From NCBI GenBank assembly GCA_030390025.1, contig CM059441.1, positions 17,794,001 to 17,858,000 of the forward strand: 64,000 bases of DNA, read 5' to 3'. How positions within the stretch are numbered: position 1 is the stretch's first letter; each line of letters begins with the position of its first letter. This DNA comes from Squalus acanthias. Taxonomy: Eukaryota. The notes under the pieces are model-generated. The model was not told the origin of the DNA. It saw nothing but the letters and a program-made list of their open reading frames with translations, and searched no databases. A program made the translations under genes and the position numbers. This document shows positions 51,879-64,000 of this stretch, piece by piece.

Positions 51879-54800
51879 TGGTCCCTCTGAGAAATCGAGA
51901 TCAATGACCTTCTTAAATTTTTTGGATTTGTACCCTTGTTCAAAGGAAATGGATAACCAACTAGGAGTAAAAATTGGTGAGAATTTGGTTTGGAATGTAC
52001 ATTTCAGGCAGCTTATTTGCTACTTTCATTTTAAAGCTTACTGCAGGGTGTGCAATTCCATAATGGCAGTGTCCGTCCATTTAGTTCTACTTTGGGGCTC
52101 TTTGTAATGAGACACACACTTAAACTAGAATAAAAAGGGTACTGTTAGCTTTTTTTTTAAAACAAAAACTAACTCATAGCCAGACTGAGTAAAGCATAAT
52201 GACATATTAAGTGTGATTACATTTGAATGCACATGAAAGCTTTGTTAAAACCTTAGCAAGCCCGCTGTATCATCGCACGCGCTTATATATGCACCCGTTT
52301 AACCCATTCACTTGCCTGTACCTGGGGTTTTGAACATGATGCCTCCAGAAGTATAGTTAGAATATTGACCATGTGTTGGTGTCGTCTTAATTCAGTGAAA
52401 TCATTGACATTTAGCATTCGCTGAATAAAGCGCAAGGGAACCCAGTAAGGCTGAACATAAGTTTAGTGAAGTTTCAGGAAGGGCAGTTAACAAAAGTGAT
52501 CAAATTTTCACACATCTTTTGCTTATGCAGTAACTTATAGCACTAAATGGTTGATGAAAGGGTTGCGCCTCAATATCATGCAAGTATTGAGTACAGAACT
52601 TTTGGATAAAGGGGAAGATCATCTGTACCGATCAATTGCTTGATAGAGTGGAGCATTTTCTATTTGATGGGACTAGATTTTGTATTTTGCCTGCTATCTA
52701 AACTTTGGTTGAGCTCCAAGTTTTCTGAGGCATTTGTCCTCTTGAAATATTGTCAATGGTGACTTCCCCCTCGAAGTGATAACATCTGCAAAGATAAAAT
52801 GCGCTCCCGCATGCTGGCAATATGCCTGATACTTTTCCTAACTGAAATCTGAGACATGGGCAAATACTGAATTACCCAAAAGTTTTGGTATTCGTGTTTG
52901 TTGGCCTAAAATAAGCTGTGTATATAAAACAAATGCATTTTTTTCAGGTACTCCAGGTATTTATTTCCACTTATCTTTTTTCATAGTAGTGGGACAGGAG
53001 GCAAAAGGACAACTGCCAAAATTAATTTCTAAAGGCTCCTGTAATCTTTAGAAGATGGTGTAAAGGCAAAGAAAAGCTAAATAATGAAGTAAGCAAAAGA
53101 GAAATGTTGTAATTTAGCTTTGATCATATTATTCCATAGACCAACCAAAAAGGGATACTACAGCTTTAACAGAATAATGTTGAGAATATGACTGTCCAGG
53201 TTTCACTTAACTATGAAGGAAGTGAAAGGACTGTTTCTTTACCACTATGCACACTAAATGAATCTTTTGGTTTAATTTATTTGTACCCAAACCAAAATCT
53301 GTTCTGCGTGCTTCTTGCTGGCAAAGTTGTTGAAATATTTACATGGCGTAGTTTGTAGAAAAGGTGTAACCTATAGTTGTTGGAAATTGTTCTAGCTCCT
53401 CCACAAGGATTCTCTAGTGTTCAGACAACTCTGCCTTGTCACGAAACGTCAGTAGATGCATTTCACCTTTAGTTGGAGTTCCACAATTGCACAGTAGGAA
53501 TGTTGAAAAGGTACGATAGTAATGCTAGATAAGCAAAGCTGTCTCTGTAGGCAAGTAAGAAATTGAAGAATATAAATTGGGCAAAAACTCATAGAAACAC
53601 ATGCATGCTTATTTTACAACTGAACCCAACCAACAAACAGAAACCTTTGGCCCTTTTTTTATTTACTCTTGAGTTGAGAGCAATTTTGCTGAGAGTTTAA
53701 ACTACTGGTTGAATTCAGAGCCTGAATGGAAGAGCCTTGGAAGTATCTGCTGCAAAAAAAATTCTTTTTTTTGCATTAAACATTTTTCCATTTTTGTCTA
53801 AAGCTTTCACTTCAAGTAGCACGAGTCCCATTGTGTAAGCAGTGATTTTTCCAAGTAAGCTCTCCACTCGATCTACAGTTTCTGCTCAGCTGTTGAGTTT
53901 TGCTGGTTGCTGGAGGTGCAGTGTCTAATCTGGCTACTCTGTTCTACTGTGATTGTTCATGTAAGAGTTTCATTTTTTTTTTAAAAAGCCTTTAAATCTA
54001 CTTTTCTCAATCTTGCCGTGGAGCATCTGAGTCACAAGATATTTATTTCCTTTTAAACAAGACCCTCTCGCCTTTTTAATTGCAGATTTGGACAGATAGA
54101 GTTGCAGAGAAATCTCTCTGGCTGTCCCTGCGATAATGGGTTGCAATGCTTTGTCCTCATGTATTCCCACAGAGGAGATGGGAGGCTGGGAAAATAGTTG
54201 GGTTCCTGGTAAAGATAACTGTTGAAATTATAATTTGAGGTCCTCGGTTGGGCAAAAGAAAAATAATATTTAATGTGTATAATTACAACAGCATTGTGTA
54301 TATTATAATTCTTAACCTCTGTAAAGGCAGGCAGAGTGAATGGAAACTACCTGAGGTCTGATTCAGCAGCTGCAATATCCATTTCCGGCACACTCAAATA
54401 ATGTAACTCATGTTAAACTTTCTCTAAGCATGAGTACTTGGAGTGTGTCTGAAGCAAAAGCTCATTATCCAAATCTGCAAAGGCTAGTTATGAGTTCCAA
54501 AGGGCTTGAAATCTCTCATCGTCAAGAGATGTGAATGTTCAGTGGTCCGAGCGAGAACGAAAGCGAAGCCTGTGGGGCTGCTGCCATAAGTTTTTATTTT
54601 GCAGATGAATGAATGCAGTTGCACCAGCGTTAAGGCACTTCCATAGTCAAATGCTTCAGCAGAGCAGCTGTTCTGTGCCGAGGGATTCCAGTATGAAAGC
54701 AGCAAGCCAATAAATTAATGTGACGACTTATACGGGAGGTATGGTTATTACTCAAATTAAAATGAAATTTGTGTGCAGGAAGTTCAAAGCATTATGATGA

Positions 54801-57800
54801 TTGATCTGCCTTGGATTGAAACATGGAGCACAATTGGCAGACAGCTCTAAATCTGTGGAAAAATTAGTGTGTCTGTGCCTGTTAATTGCTGTATGTGAAA
54901 ATAGTCTCAGTGACAGATACAGGCAAGAGTCTTGTCGTATGCTGCCCCTATAAAGTACAAGCTGTAGCTTATACAAAACAAATGGAAAAAGTCCTGTTCT
55001 TAACTAAAAGCTGGCGTTTTCAGTAAAACTGATGCTGACTGCAGTTTCCAGGTTTGAAGGTTAATTTTCCCGTCATTCTTCAAGTGTCCTTTATGTGCAT
55101 CATCCTCGGCCGATGGTTTTAACATAACACATGGGCCTAGAGTTGCCACTGTAATCCTCCAACTGCAGTCAATGCCTGTACATTTGTGTCTTTCCACAGC
55201 CCCATAGAAGCAATAGGATAATGGACTACAGTTGTCTAGTGTTGCTGAACAGTTTATTTTCATGTATGTGAGGTTTATTAGCAATTTATTCTCGTGTGCA
55301 TTTGCACTTCTATATAACCTCACTAAGACTGTGTGGAGAATGAATTCTTCTGTTGGTGGTACGTTTTCTCTCATTTAGAACACTAATGTGTAGTAAAGCT
55401 AAGAAATGACTGGAAAAAGGTCTTCTCTGAGCAGGTTATATTGAAGAGGTCATCAGAATAAAAACAACTGGCAGATCTTTTCTGTTTTGTTTCAGACATT
55501 CAAAGCAAAGGTGTAATTCAAATTGAAAAAAACATTACTGCTTTCATGTGAGGTCTCAAAAAAATGACAAGTGAGGTCATGAGCCTCCACAACAGAACAT
55601 TGGTTTCCCCTTATCTATCTAGCAGTTGCCCCTGAAATGATGGCATTCTGGTGATTGGCAAACAGAGCTGGTTAGTAATTGGTACACAAACTCCAGACTC
55701 ATTTCTTGACTTGTCATTTTTCACCAGTACGGCTGATATGCCAACTTTTTGATAGTCCATCATTATTGGAACTTTGCTGCTTCTGCCCCATAAAATTAAA
55801 CTGCCACTGAGAAATGTTTGCATTTGTATCGGAGTGTGGCAAGATGCTATGTTTTTAAAAGAATCTTAAGTTTTGCTCTAATCTGCGTCTCCACTTCTCC
55901 TCCCCCCCCCCCCCCCCCCCCCCCAGTGATTATACATATCTGGGTCAATCTCTGTCAACCTGCACACAGATCAGGTCAAGTTGAAAAGATTTGCTCACTA
56001 TCTGACCTGACCTTTTTTTAATTTCCCACCCCTCTATCGTTCCTGCACAGACTTGAGATATTGAAAGGCTGACCTCTCCAGGTACATTTTTCACTTTATT
56101 TCCTTGGTTTCAGGCAGGTCTCCTGTGTAATCACAAACACCCCAAACTATTGAAAAGCGAATTTCAGAATCCAATAGACGTATGCTGAGTAGCAGCTGTT
56201 AACTGTTTCTCGGGTATCTTTAATAGCGCTCTCTTTTTTTTCTCCCAGGGCGTGCTATTAAATTGAATTTAAAAGCTTGTTTGTTTTTCATTTCTTCCCC
56301 TCCCCCCCCCCCACAAAAAAAGTATAGACTGACTAGTAATCACAAATTCTTCAACCAGTAACTGAATCCTAATTTAACGAAATGTTACAAAGCCCTCCTA
56401 CATTGACCTTTTGTACCTTGGCCGCATCATGACATCAGGATAAACAAATGCCCTCTAGCATTCTGTCTGTCCTGGTTGATGGCTGCTCACAGGAACGTGC
56501 AAGTGTCCAATTTAAAACAATCTACCTTTACAGTTGAAATTAATTTGATGGGAAGTGTGCAATTCAGAACTGTGATGTGTATTAATGCACGTTATGCCAG
56601 GGGCTGAAGTGTTTCTTTTAAATCAGTGGCTTCTGTAATGAACTAAACTGATCGATGTGTTCAACAAACGTTCACTTTCAGTTAGAGACGCATCACTTTC
56701 AATGGATTTCTCCCACTCTTCCCACTGCACCTCAGGCCCAAGATAGTGGCTAGATGATGAGTGACATCTGTACATTAATCATCTACATATGACAGAAGCA
56801 AAACTGAGCAGAATAAAAAGTTCAAAGGGCTATATAATGTAGCTTTATTTTCTTAGGGAGTTGTGGTCTTCCTTACAAAGCAAAATAAAAACAGTATTAC
56901 ATTAAGTATTCTGTTTGTAACACCTGTTGTATGTCTATAGACTGATGACTCTCAAGATTAAACAAAAAATAGTTGGGGGGGGTGGTAAAGGTCTTAATTA
57001 CACTAAGAATCCACCTCAGTCACTGCATTATGTCATTAGTGTGGAAAGGGATATATTTCCAGTTTTTGGGACCACGAGTGTTAAACTTTTTTTAAATTGT
57101 GTACGAAACACACCCACAATCCCCTTCTTCCCCCCTCGGCCACCTTTTTTATCTGGTCAGGTAAGCTGCTTGAGGAGTGTACATTTTAATTATCAGTTTC
57201 CTAAAGGCATGCCCTTGTGGAGCAAGTAATTGTGTACTGCATTCAAATACTTGACTGACTTGTTCTGTAATATTAACTGATGGATAGAGGTGACGAACCA
57301 GTTGAGGTGGTGGCACAGTGGTGATTGTAGACTGCCAGTTTCCTGACTGCAGCTTTTTTGAGGAGTTTTCAATCAACTTTGTCCTGGCCCAGAAGTGAAT
57401 TAATATTTTTTTGTTTTAAAAAAAAAAACACCGATGTATCGAATAATAATGTATCTGGATGTTGTCTGTGTGGGTTAACATTTTTTCAAACAAATTTACA
57501 GCTTTTTTGTCTGTGTGCAACTTCTGTTGCTTCTCAGCAACAAGCACACTCTCTCTCTCTCTCTCTCTCCAAACCTTGCGTCAAGCCATGCTTACAGTGA
57601 AGGATTGTGGGATTTCAGAAGAAATCCATCAATGAACTTTGACCTCTTGACATTGGAAAAGCTTGTATGATCTGGATAATTCTAAAGAATGTAGGACACT
57701 AAACTCTTTGTCTCAATTCAATTTGATATTAACTCGGGCAATGTAAATGACTGACTCTTGCTTTATTCAATCCCATGAAACTTTGCAGCCAATATCCTTG

Positions 57801-58795
57801 CAGTTTGCTTCATTTTTGATTTTTTCGAAGCCTCTGTTTTAATCTGGGGAAAGAATTTTACAAAAAATCAAGACCACAGATTATGCAACAGGTTATATGC
57901 ATGTTTGTGTCACAAAGCACAGTCATCACCTTGGTAACAAGTCCTTGATTTTGTTGATTATTGATAGACATTTTTATTTCCTGTCTACAGACAGCCACTT
58001 GGGGGACATCTTTGCTATCATAATAAAATTGTGCTCATTTCTGAAGTATTTTTTTATATATATACATTTTTGTTGATTAAAATTGGTCTGAGAATTTTGC
58101 TTTGTGTATAATTCTGTTTCTATGTATAATGTTCTGTCTTCTTGGCTTAATTTAAAAGTGAGCAACTCTAGAAAAGTTTTTTAAAAAAAATACACACACA
58201 CTATGGCTTAAGTTATTGAATAAAATGTATGGTGCTGTAGCTTAAAGGTATATATCCTGTTCAATAAGAAGTTTAAAAAAAAAATAGTGCAGCTTCGCTA
58301 ACTTATGCCTTGAAAGATGGGATACTTATTAACTCTAATGTGTGTGTCCTATGTGTGCATGTGTGTATCTTGAAGCAAACAGCACAGACTTGGGTGCAAT
58401 GTCGAACGCACAGTACTAGAAAGTTGTGTAATATCTTGGTTGCCTTTCCTAACCTTTTACATAGGAACTAAGGGAATCCTGTTAATGGAATACATCCAAC
58501 TCTTAAACTTTTGCCTCCACAGTTTACTGTTTTCAATGAAAAAAATGTTCTAAGTGTGTTCAACGAATATAAATGTTGAACAAAAAAGGCAAAGATGTTA
58601 CATCAATTTCTGTGTCGTGGCAACATTCATGTGGTCCACTTTCATCTGATTCAGTGGGACTTGTTCTTGCTCAGTTGAGAAGCCCTCGTGGTATAAAGAA
58701 ATGAATAAGACTTGGAAGGAAGTCTTGTGATGCAATTCCATTGCACAAGTGAATGTATAAAATGTATTTTTCGGTTCTGGACAATTCCATCCTTC

Positions 58796-59634
58796 AATAA
58801 ATACACTAGTGAAGCTAAACTATTTCTTTAAAAGCAGAAGAGAGCAAGATTATGAGGTATCCAGTAACTAGTGTAATACACACTGGTATTTTTGTAAAAA
58901 AAAAATGAAAAACTTAAAAAATTTTAGAAAATGACTGAATAATTATGTGGTATGCATGACTTACTGTGGTGGATCAGAGCAATATGTACCCTGGTGTGTT
59001 TGCCACATTAGAGTTCAGCTTGGAGTGCTGATGCTGTATCTTGCATTTTGATATTTTTCTCTTATTACCAGTGACATAACCTCTATGTAAAATGTTTTGC
59101 ATGTATTTATATGGTTCTTGTGTTGGAATGAATAGTCAAAACAGCTTCTTCCAGAACACACAACAATCGATGACGACTAGTACATTCAGTTGGGAAGCAA
59201 AAGCAAAATTTCAACAACAAAAAAAAAATTGGCAATGATTTATCAAACCTTAAATGCGTGATTCTAGAAGCTTCAGAGTATTTTTTTACCAGCAGCCTGC
59301 ATTTGTGAATCATGAAGAATAATGTATCCTGCAATCTTTGTGTATTAAAAGAAAAGAATAAATATTTCTCCATCAGTTGTTTATGGATAACTTTTTTATC
59401 CTGTTGTAAATAAACTTGTCATTTTTTTGTGTTTATTTTGAACTATGCAAATGGGTCCGTAACTGTGTTTTCTTTTATTTTCTCTTCAGTTAAATCTGTG
59501 TTTTGGTGGAATGTGTTTTGTTTTGGAAGATGTGTAAACCATTTTTGTAGTAAATGAACATGTGGAATGCAGTCTCTCCTTTTCCTGTCGAGCAAAGTTC
59601 AGACAAAGATGTCAATTGAGTAAATACAAATAAA
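58796..59634 (+). promoter_or_regulatory. Cluster of candidate polyadenylation signals
   Basis: AATAAA at 58796, 59357, 59409 (overlapping a TGTAAATA Pumilio-type motif) and 59629; the last is followed about 25 nt later by ttgtgtgtctctgtt. More proximal AATAAA sites also occur, e.g. 52129 and 52424. Confidence 0.45.
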
Positions 59635-61122
59635 GAATCTGGGGGAATGGAACATTATTGTGTGTCTCTGTTACTAGTAGGACTGTGTCCTGGATCCAGG
59701 AGCTGCTGTAACTTGGCTCGTACCGATGTGGATAGAAACTGTGTAACTGCCGAGGGGGTTGGCAACTAAACTCGAGCAAATATCCAAAATTGCAGCCAAA
59801 ACTAACTCCTTTCTACAATAGTTAATTAAAAGTAATATGACTTTTTATATTAAATTACTCATGCTACAATAGGAAAACTTACTGTAAATCCTAATTAATT
59901 TAGGAGGTGCGTTACTCCATTTTACACAGAATTAACTGAAATTTTCTCTGGGCCATTTTAAACTAATGGAACTTTGCAGTATTTATCTGCCTTTAGATAG
60001 CCAAAGAACTGATCTCTCGGGTTTTGATTCCACAATGCACAAAGTGACATGATGACCACATACAGTAATGATATCTGCTAATCACAATGCAACCTGTGGT
60101 TCATGTGATTTACGTGGAACATGATGAAAAGATGTTGCAGTGATTTTCTTGCGCTGAACTGAATGGCTCTTGCTTTAAGTTAATAGATTTGATGTGTGTG
60201 AAGTGTACTGCTTTGTCCTTTTACTAACTAGGTTTGGGGGGGGGGGCAGCTTTATCACTAGGTCATGTGGCTCTGCAAACTTGAGACTAAATATGGCAGC
60301 AAAATAATCTAAGGTGGTAGTCCAAAGATAGACTCCAAATATGTTCGTGCATCGCCAAGTTTAGATCCTAAAATGGAAGAGAGTGAACTTTCCTTTTTAT
60401 TGTGTTGTCCCTTAGGAATATAAATTAAACTGAGCATCAGCCCTTCGTTCACTAAATTCTACATGGGAGGGTACTTTCAGAAACCTCCTTCAATTGAAAC
60501 ATTGGTTCAGAGCCGCTCAAGTACAACAGATTAATAGTCCACCAGTGATCTTTGTTTCAATTGGATGGTGAAACGAGATATCAACAGAGTGTCAAAGTTC
60601 CTCATTTCTGGAGCAAATATGCCTTTCTGCTTAAGCAAGGTTAAGAAAATATCTCAAATGGCTATCTAACCCTAAAAATTATTTTTAAGCTAACTGGCCC
60701 TCCTTTCCCAGTGTTTGATCATCACATAGCAAAGTAAAGAACCAAGGAAAACTGTAATTGGAGTTTTCGCGCTGGGAGAGGGATAATTTGTCAAGTGGCA
60801 GTGTACTGGACCATCCGTCATTGAGCAGAACCGAGCTGTGCGTTTTCAATCAAAATGGAAAGGCTGACTTGCACTCAGCCGTCCTCTGTCAAATCAGGAA
60901 GACTGCTCTCATTTAAAGGATCCCTCTGTCTGGTTGGATCATGCTTTGTTGAAGAGGGCGACTGTGTTCTTTGTATAGTACCTGCTGAACCAAGAATGTG
61001 TCCTTTTGCAGCAGAGTTTTTTTATTTCTGGGGCAGCCAGGCATAACGTTCTGGCATAACACAAAAAATGCTGGAAACACTCCAGCTCAGGCAGCATCTG
61101 TGGGGAGAGAAACAGAGTTAAC

Positions 61123-61853
61123 GGCCCAGAAATTGGAGTTCGATGGTTGCCGCGGGGGTAAGGATTCCCCGCGATATCGCACACCGCGCCTACCTTTATG
61201 GTTTTGGCCCACACGAACTTCAGTTCGAGGGCCTCTCCCTGGTGCCGGCGTGCAGTGCTTGCGTGTCCCAGAGGCACAGTTAGTTCGTGCGAGCTCTGGG
61301 ATCACGTGGGCCAGTTAGAGCCAATGGCAGCACACCATCTTTCATTCATAGTTTTGACAGCAAGGGCTGTCAAAGCTATGAATGCAACCTGCCCCCAAAA
61401 GAACAGCTAAACCTCAATTAAATTTTTTTAAAAAGCCATCACATTAATAAAATAACTATAGTTAAATAAATTAACCACTTTAAACAAAAAATTAAATTTT
61501 TGAAAATTTTTTAATTTTTAAAAGTTATAAAAATAAACTTACCTTTCTTTAAAGTCTCTAAAAAAAGATAAACCTGTTTGAAAAAAATTTTAAATAACAC
61601 TTAATTAACTACTTACCTTGCTTTCTTCATGTGTAAAATCTTCAACACTTACCTGCGCGTTCAAACCTGAAAAAAAAACTAAGTGCACTGCGTGCGCGCA
61701 GCCTGTAGTGCGCACGCGGTTCACTTAGGAACCGCCCCCTTCGCCATACACGAAGTGCCGGTTTCCCGTGCATGCAGGAAACGGGCAATTCGGGACCTAA
61801 TACGCGAGAGTACACAGTGCATACTCTCGCGTATTAGGTCTAATTTTCGGGCC
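61123..61853. mobile_element. Harbinger-type MITE
   Basis: TIRs GGCCCAGAAATTGGA / TCTAATTTTCGGGCC; 3-bp TSD AAC (61120-61122 and 61854-61856); AT-rich core with CpG-rich ends. Confidence 0.88.
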
Positions 61854-61885
61854 AACGTTTCAGGTCGGTGACCTTTCATCAGAAT
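61854..61885 (-). ncRNA. Minimal hammerhead ribozyme core (Penelope-associated type), stem I disrupted
   Basis: Minus strand reads CTGATGA-A-AGGTC-ACC-GACCT-GAAAC-GTT: both conserved core boxes flank a perfect 5-bp stem II. Confidence 0.6.
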
Positions 61886-62139
61886 CCCTTTGCTGTTTAT
61901 GTAACTGAGTACTACTATGTTGCTTTGTGGAAAAAATGAAAGCTTCTGTATTTGGGTTGAAAAAAATGATGGGATTAATGCCTACATAATGGTTAGTGTT
62001 TGAAACTGTTGGCCTTGCCAAGTTAAATAGATTCTATTTAAGACCAAGTTCTTCGGGCTTGTTTGTCTCCCCAAGAGAGCTAATGATTATGAAGGTTAGA
62101 CACTGTGAAGGTGATTACAGGAGCACACAATTAACCTAT

Positions 62140-62780
62140 TAGCAACAGGAGTAGGCCATTCAGCCCCTCGAGCCTGTTCCGCCATTCAGTGAGCTAATGG
62201 CTGATCTGCATCTCAACTCCATCCACCCTGCCTTGGCTCCATATCCTTTTTATGCCCTTGTCTAGCAAAAATTGAGCTAGCATCGACTGCTTTTTGTGGG
62301 AGTGTGCCACACTTCTTCACGCAAAGGCCCATCACCAGTGGAAAAGGTTTCTCTCTACCCAATCCATTCCTTTCAAAATCCTAAAAACCTCAAATCAAAT
62401 CACCCCTTAACCTTCTATATTCCAGGGAATACAAATCTAGTTTAGGTCATATCTCTTCATAATCTAACTCTTGGAGCCCAAGTAACATTCTGGTGAATTT
62501 GTGCTGCGCTCCTTCCAAGACCACCATAATCCTTTCTAAGGTGCGGTGGCCAGAACTCTGTACACTACTCCAGATGTGGTCTAACCAGGGGTTTTGTATA
62601 GCTGTAGCAAAACTTCCTCCCCTTTATATTCTAGCCCTCGAGTTAGTTATAAAGGCTAACATTCCATTAGCCTTTTTAATCATCTTTTTGTACCTGTCTA
62701 CTATATTTGTGATCTGGGTATGTGGACCCCTAAATCTATTTGGACCTCCCACTGTTCCTAGCTTTTCACCATTTAAATAA
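62140..62780 (-). mobile_element. Older CR1 fragment
   Basis: CR1 tail at 62140-62260; actctgtacactactccagatgtggtctaacc is the reverse complement of the (R)PHLE-CVQ region. Confidence 0.8.
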
Positions 62781-63209
62781 TACTCGGATCTCTTTTTAAT
62801 TCATTCACAGAATGTTTGCGTCGCTGGCAAGGCCAACAGTTAAGGCCCATCTCTAATTGCCCTAGAGAAGGTGATGGACTGCAGCAGTTCAAGGCGGTGG
62901 CTCACCATGTGGTGAAGGTGCTCCCATAGTTGTTAGGAAGGTAGGGCATTTCATTCAAAATGGATGACCTCACACTTGCCTGCATTGAAATAATGCCCTG
63001 GTTACTTCAACTAATATTGACTCACTAGTTAATGCAAGGAGATGATGGAGAGCGGAGATTGGGATTGTAAAGTTGGCTGCCATAATCAGTCCCAAATTTC
63101 AACTTATGACCTAAACTTGCTGACTCTCATCAGATATTTCTTCAAATATTTATGAAATGGTCCCTTACAAACAGCTGGGGGGGGAAAAGTAATTAAGGGA
63201 CAACTTCCA

Positions 63210-63333
63210 TTGACGAAAGGTCATCGACCTGAAAAGTTAACTCTGTTTCTCTCTCCACGGATGCTGCCTCGCCTGCTGAGTTTTTCCAGCGTTTTCTGTT
63301 ATTTCGGATTTCCAGCATCTGCAGTATTTTGCT
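63210..63333 (+). mobile_element. Penelope-like repeat fragment with degenerate hammerhead core
   Basis: TTGACGA-A-AGGTC-ATC-GACCT-GAAAAGTTAACTC...gatgctgcc...ttccagcatctgcagtattttgct. Confidence 0.7.
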
Positions 63334-63342
63334 ATCGTTCCA

Positions 63343-63740
63343 TTGGCTCAGTTGGTTTCACTTGTCTGAGTCAGAATTTTGTACGTACAAGCTCCAAAAC
63401 TCGAGCGTAGTCTAGGCTGATACTGTAAGCTAAAGCACCGAGGGACTGCTGCACTGGTGGAGGTGGTATCTTCAGCTCAAATATTAAACTGAGGCTTCAA
63501 CTGCTTGTTCTAGTGGTTCAGGTGGCCATTAGAAATCTTTTAAATAGTGTCAAAAGAACAGGGATCTTGTCCCAGTCTCCTGGTCAATATTCCTACCTCA
63601 ACTGACAGCAATGAACTGGCCCGTCATCTCATTGCTATTCATGGGATCAATGGCTACATAATGGTTACGGTTTGAAAGTAATTTGTTATACGCAATGTGT
63701 TGTGACCGGATGAGGTTCTATATAAATGGAAGTGTTCCTG
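63343..63740 (+). mobile_element. SacSINE1-like Deu-SINE, degenerate
   Basis: tggctcagttggt...tgagtcagaa head; gaggtggtatctt...ttaaactgaggc...ttcaggtgg Deu remnants. Confidence 0.7.
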
Positions 63741-64000
63741 ATATAGCTTGGTTACTCTGGACAGCATTGGAATTTGCTCGATAAAAGGTGAAATTCTGTA
63801 TCTTCCTGGCTCTTGCTGTCCCTGCCCCACCCCCACCCATACAGGTAGTTGAGGGGTCTAGAACAAGAAGACATAGATATAAGATTAAATGTAAAGAGAT
63901 TTAGGAAAATTTAGAGAAGAGGAGAAACTTTTTTTTAATGAATTTGATGAAAAATGCACTCCCAGAGTTAGTGATTGAAGTCGATCATATCCACTTTTAA

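Larger units (their letters stand above)
50762..59660 (+). other. ATP2B4: Probable long 3' UTR of the PMCA gene (distal end uncertain)
   Basis: Follows the stop codon; AU-rich; no recognisable CR1, SINE or MITE copies, unlike the introns; AATAAA cluster near the end with downstream GU/U-rich tracts. Confidence 0.55.
61058..61885 (-). mobile_element. Penelope-like repeat fragment split by a MITE
   Basis: aaatgctggaaacact...gcagcatctgtggggagagaaacagagttaac | aacgtttcaggtcggtgacctttcatcagaa; colinear, in reverse, with the uninterrupted copy at 63210-63333. Confidence 0.75.

Noticed and set aside
53751-53775. Small 3' UTR inverted repeats (also 56219-56262 and 58557-58582)
   Set aside because: Short or A/T homopolymer-driven; expected by chance in 9 kb of AT-rich sequence.
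61812-61825. CAGTGC loop resembling an iron-responsive element
   Set aside because: The required 5-bp upper stem and C bulge are absent, and it lies inside a MITE outside the probable UTR.

Overview
Eukaryotic vertebrate DNA, very probably from a cartilaginous fish (shark), judged from the repeat set: HE1-like V-SINE, SacSINE1-like Deu-SINEs, and CR1, L2 and RTE LINEs. The window holds the 3' half of a plasma-membrane Ca2+-ATPase gene on the + strand, best assigned as ATP2B4/PMCA4. It has eight constitutive GT-AG exons (6034-39929) whose phases join in frame, one alternatively spliced C-site exon (41186-41360), a terminal exon (50447-50761, ending ETSV*) and a probable ~9 kb 3' UTR with no recognisable repeats. 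Introns and the downstream flank are full of transposons: a decayed PIF/Harbinger element plus several Harbinger-type MITEs with 3-bp TSDs, a solo LTR nested in a CR1, LF-SINE-like copies, and Penelope-like fragments carrying minimal hammerhead ribozyme cores. The most interesting non-routine signals are (i) the regulatory architecture of the C-site exon (about 26 copies of a 19-bp pure-pyrimidine unit upstream, PMCA1-type internal donors at +87/+114, a poly-Thr extension and a downstream UGCAUG), (ii) a duplicated, apparently structured ~140-nt element in the 3' UTR, and (iii) the hammerhead-bearing Penelope-like repeats. There are no prokaryote-type systems such as CRISPR or operons. Most short ORFs in the supplied track are spurious or repeat-derived. 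All family assignments come from recalled sequences, not from database searches.
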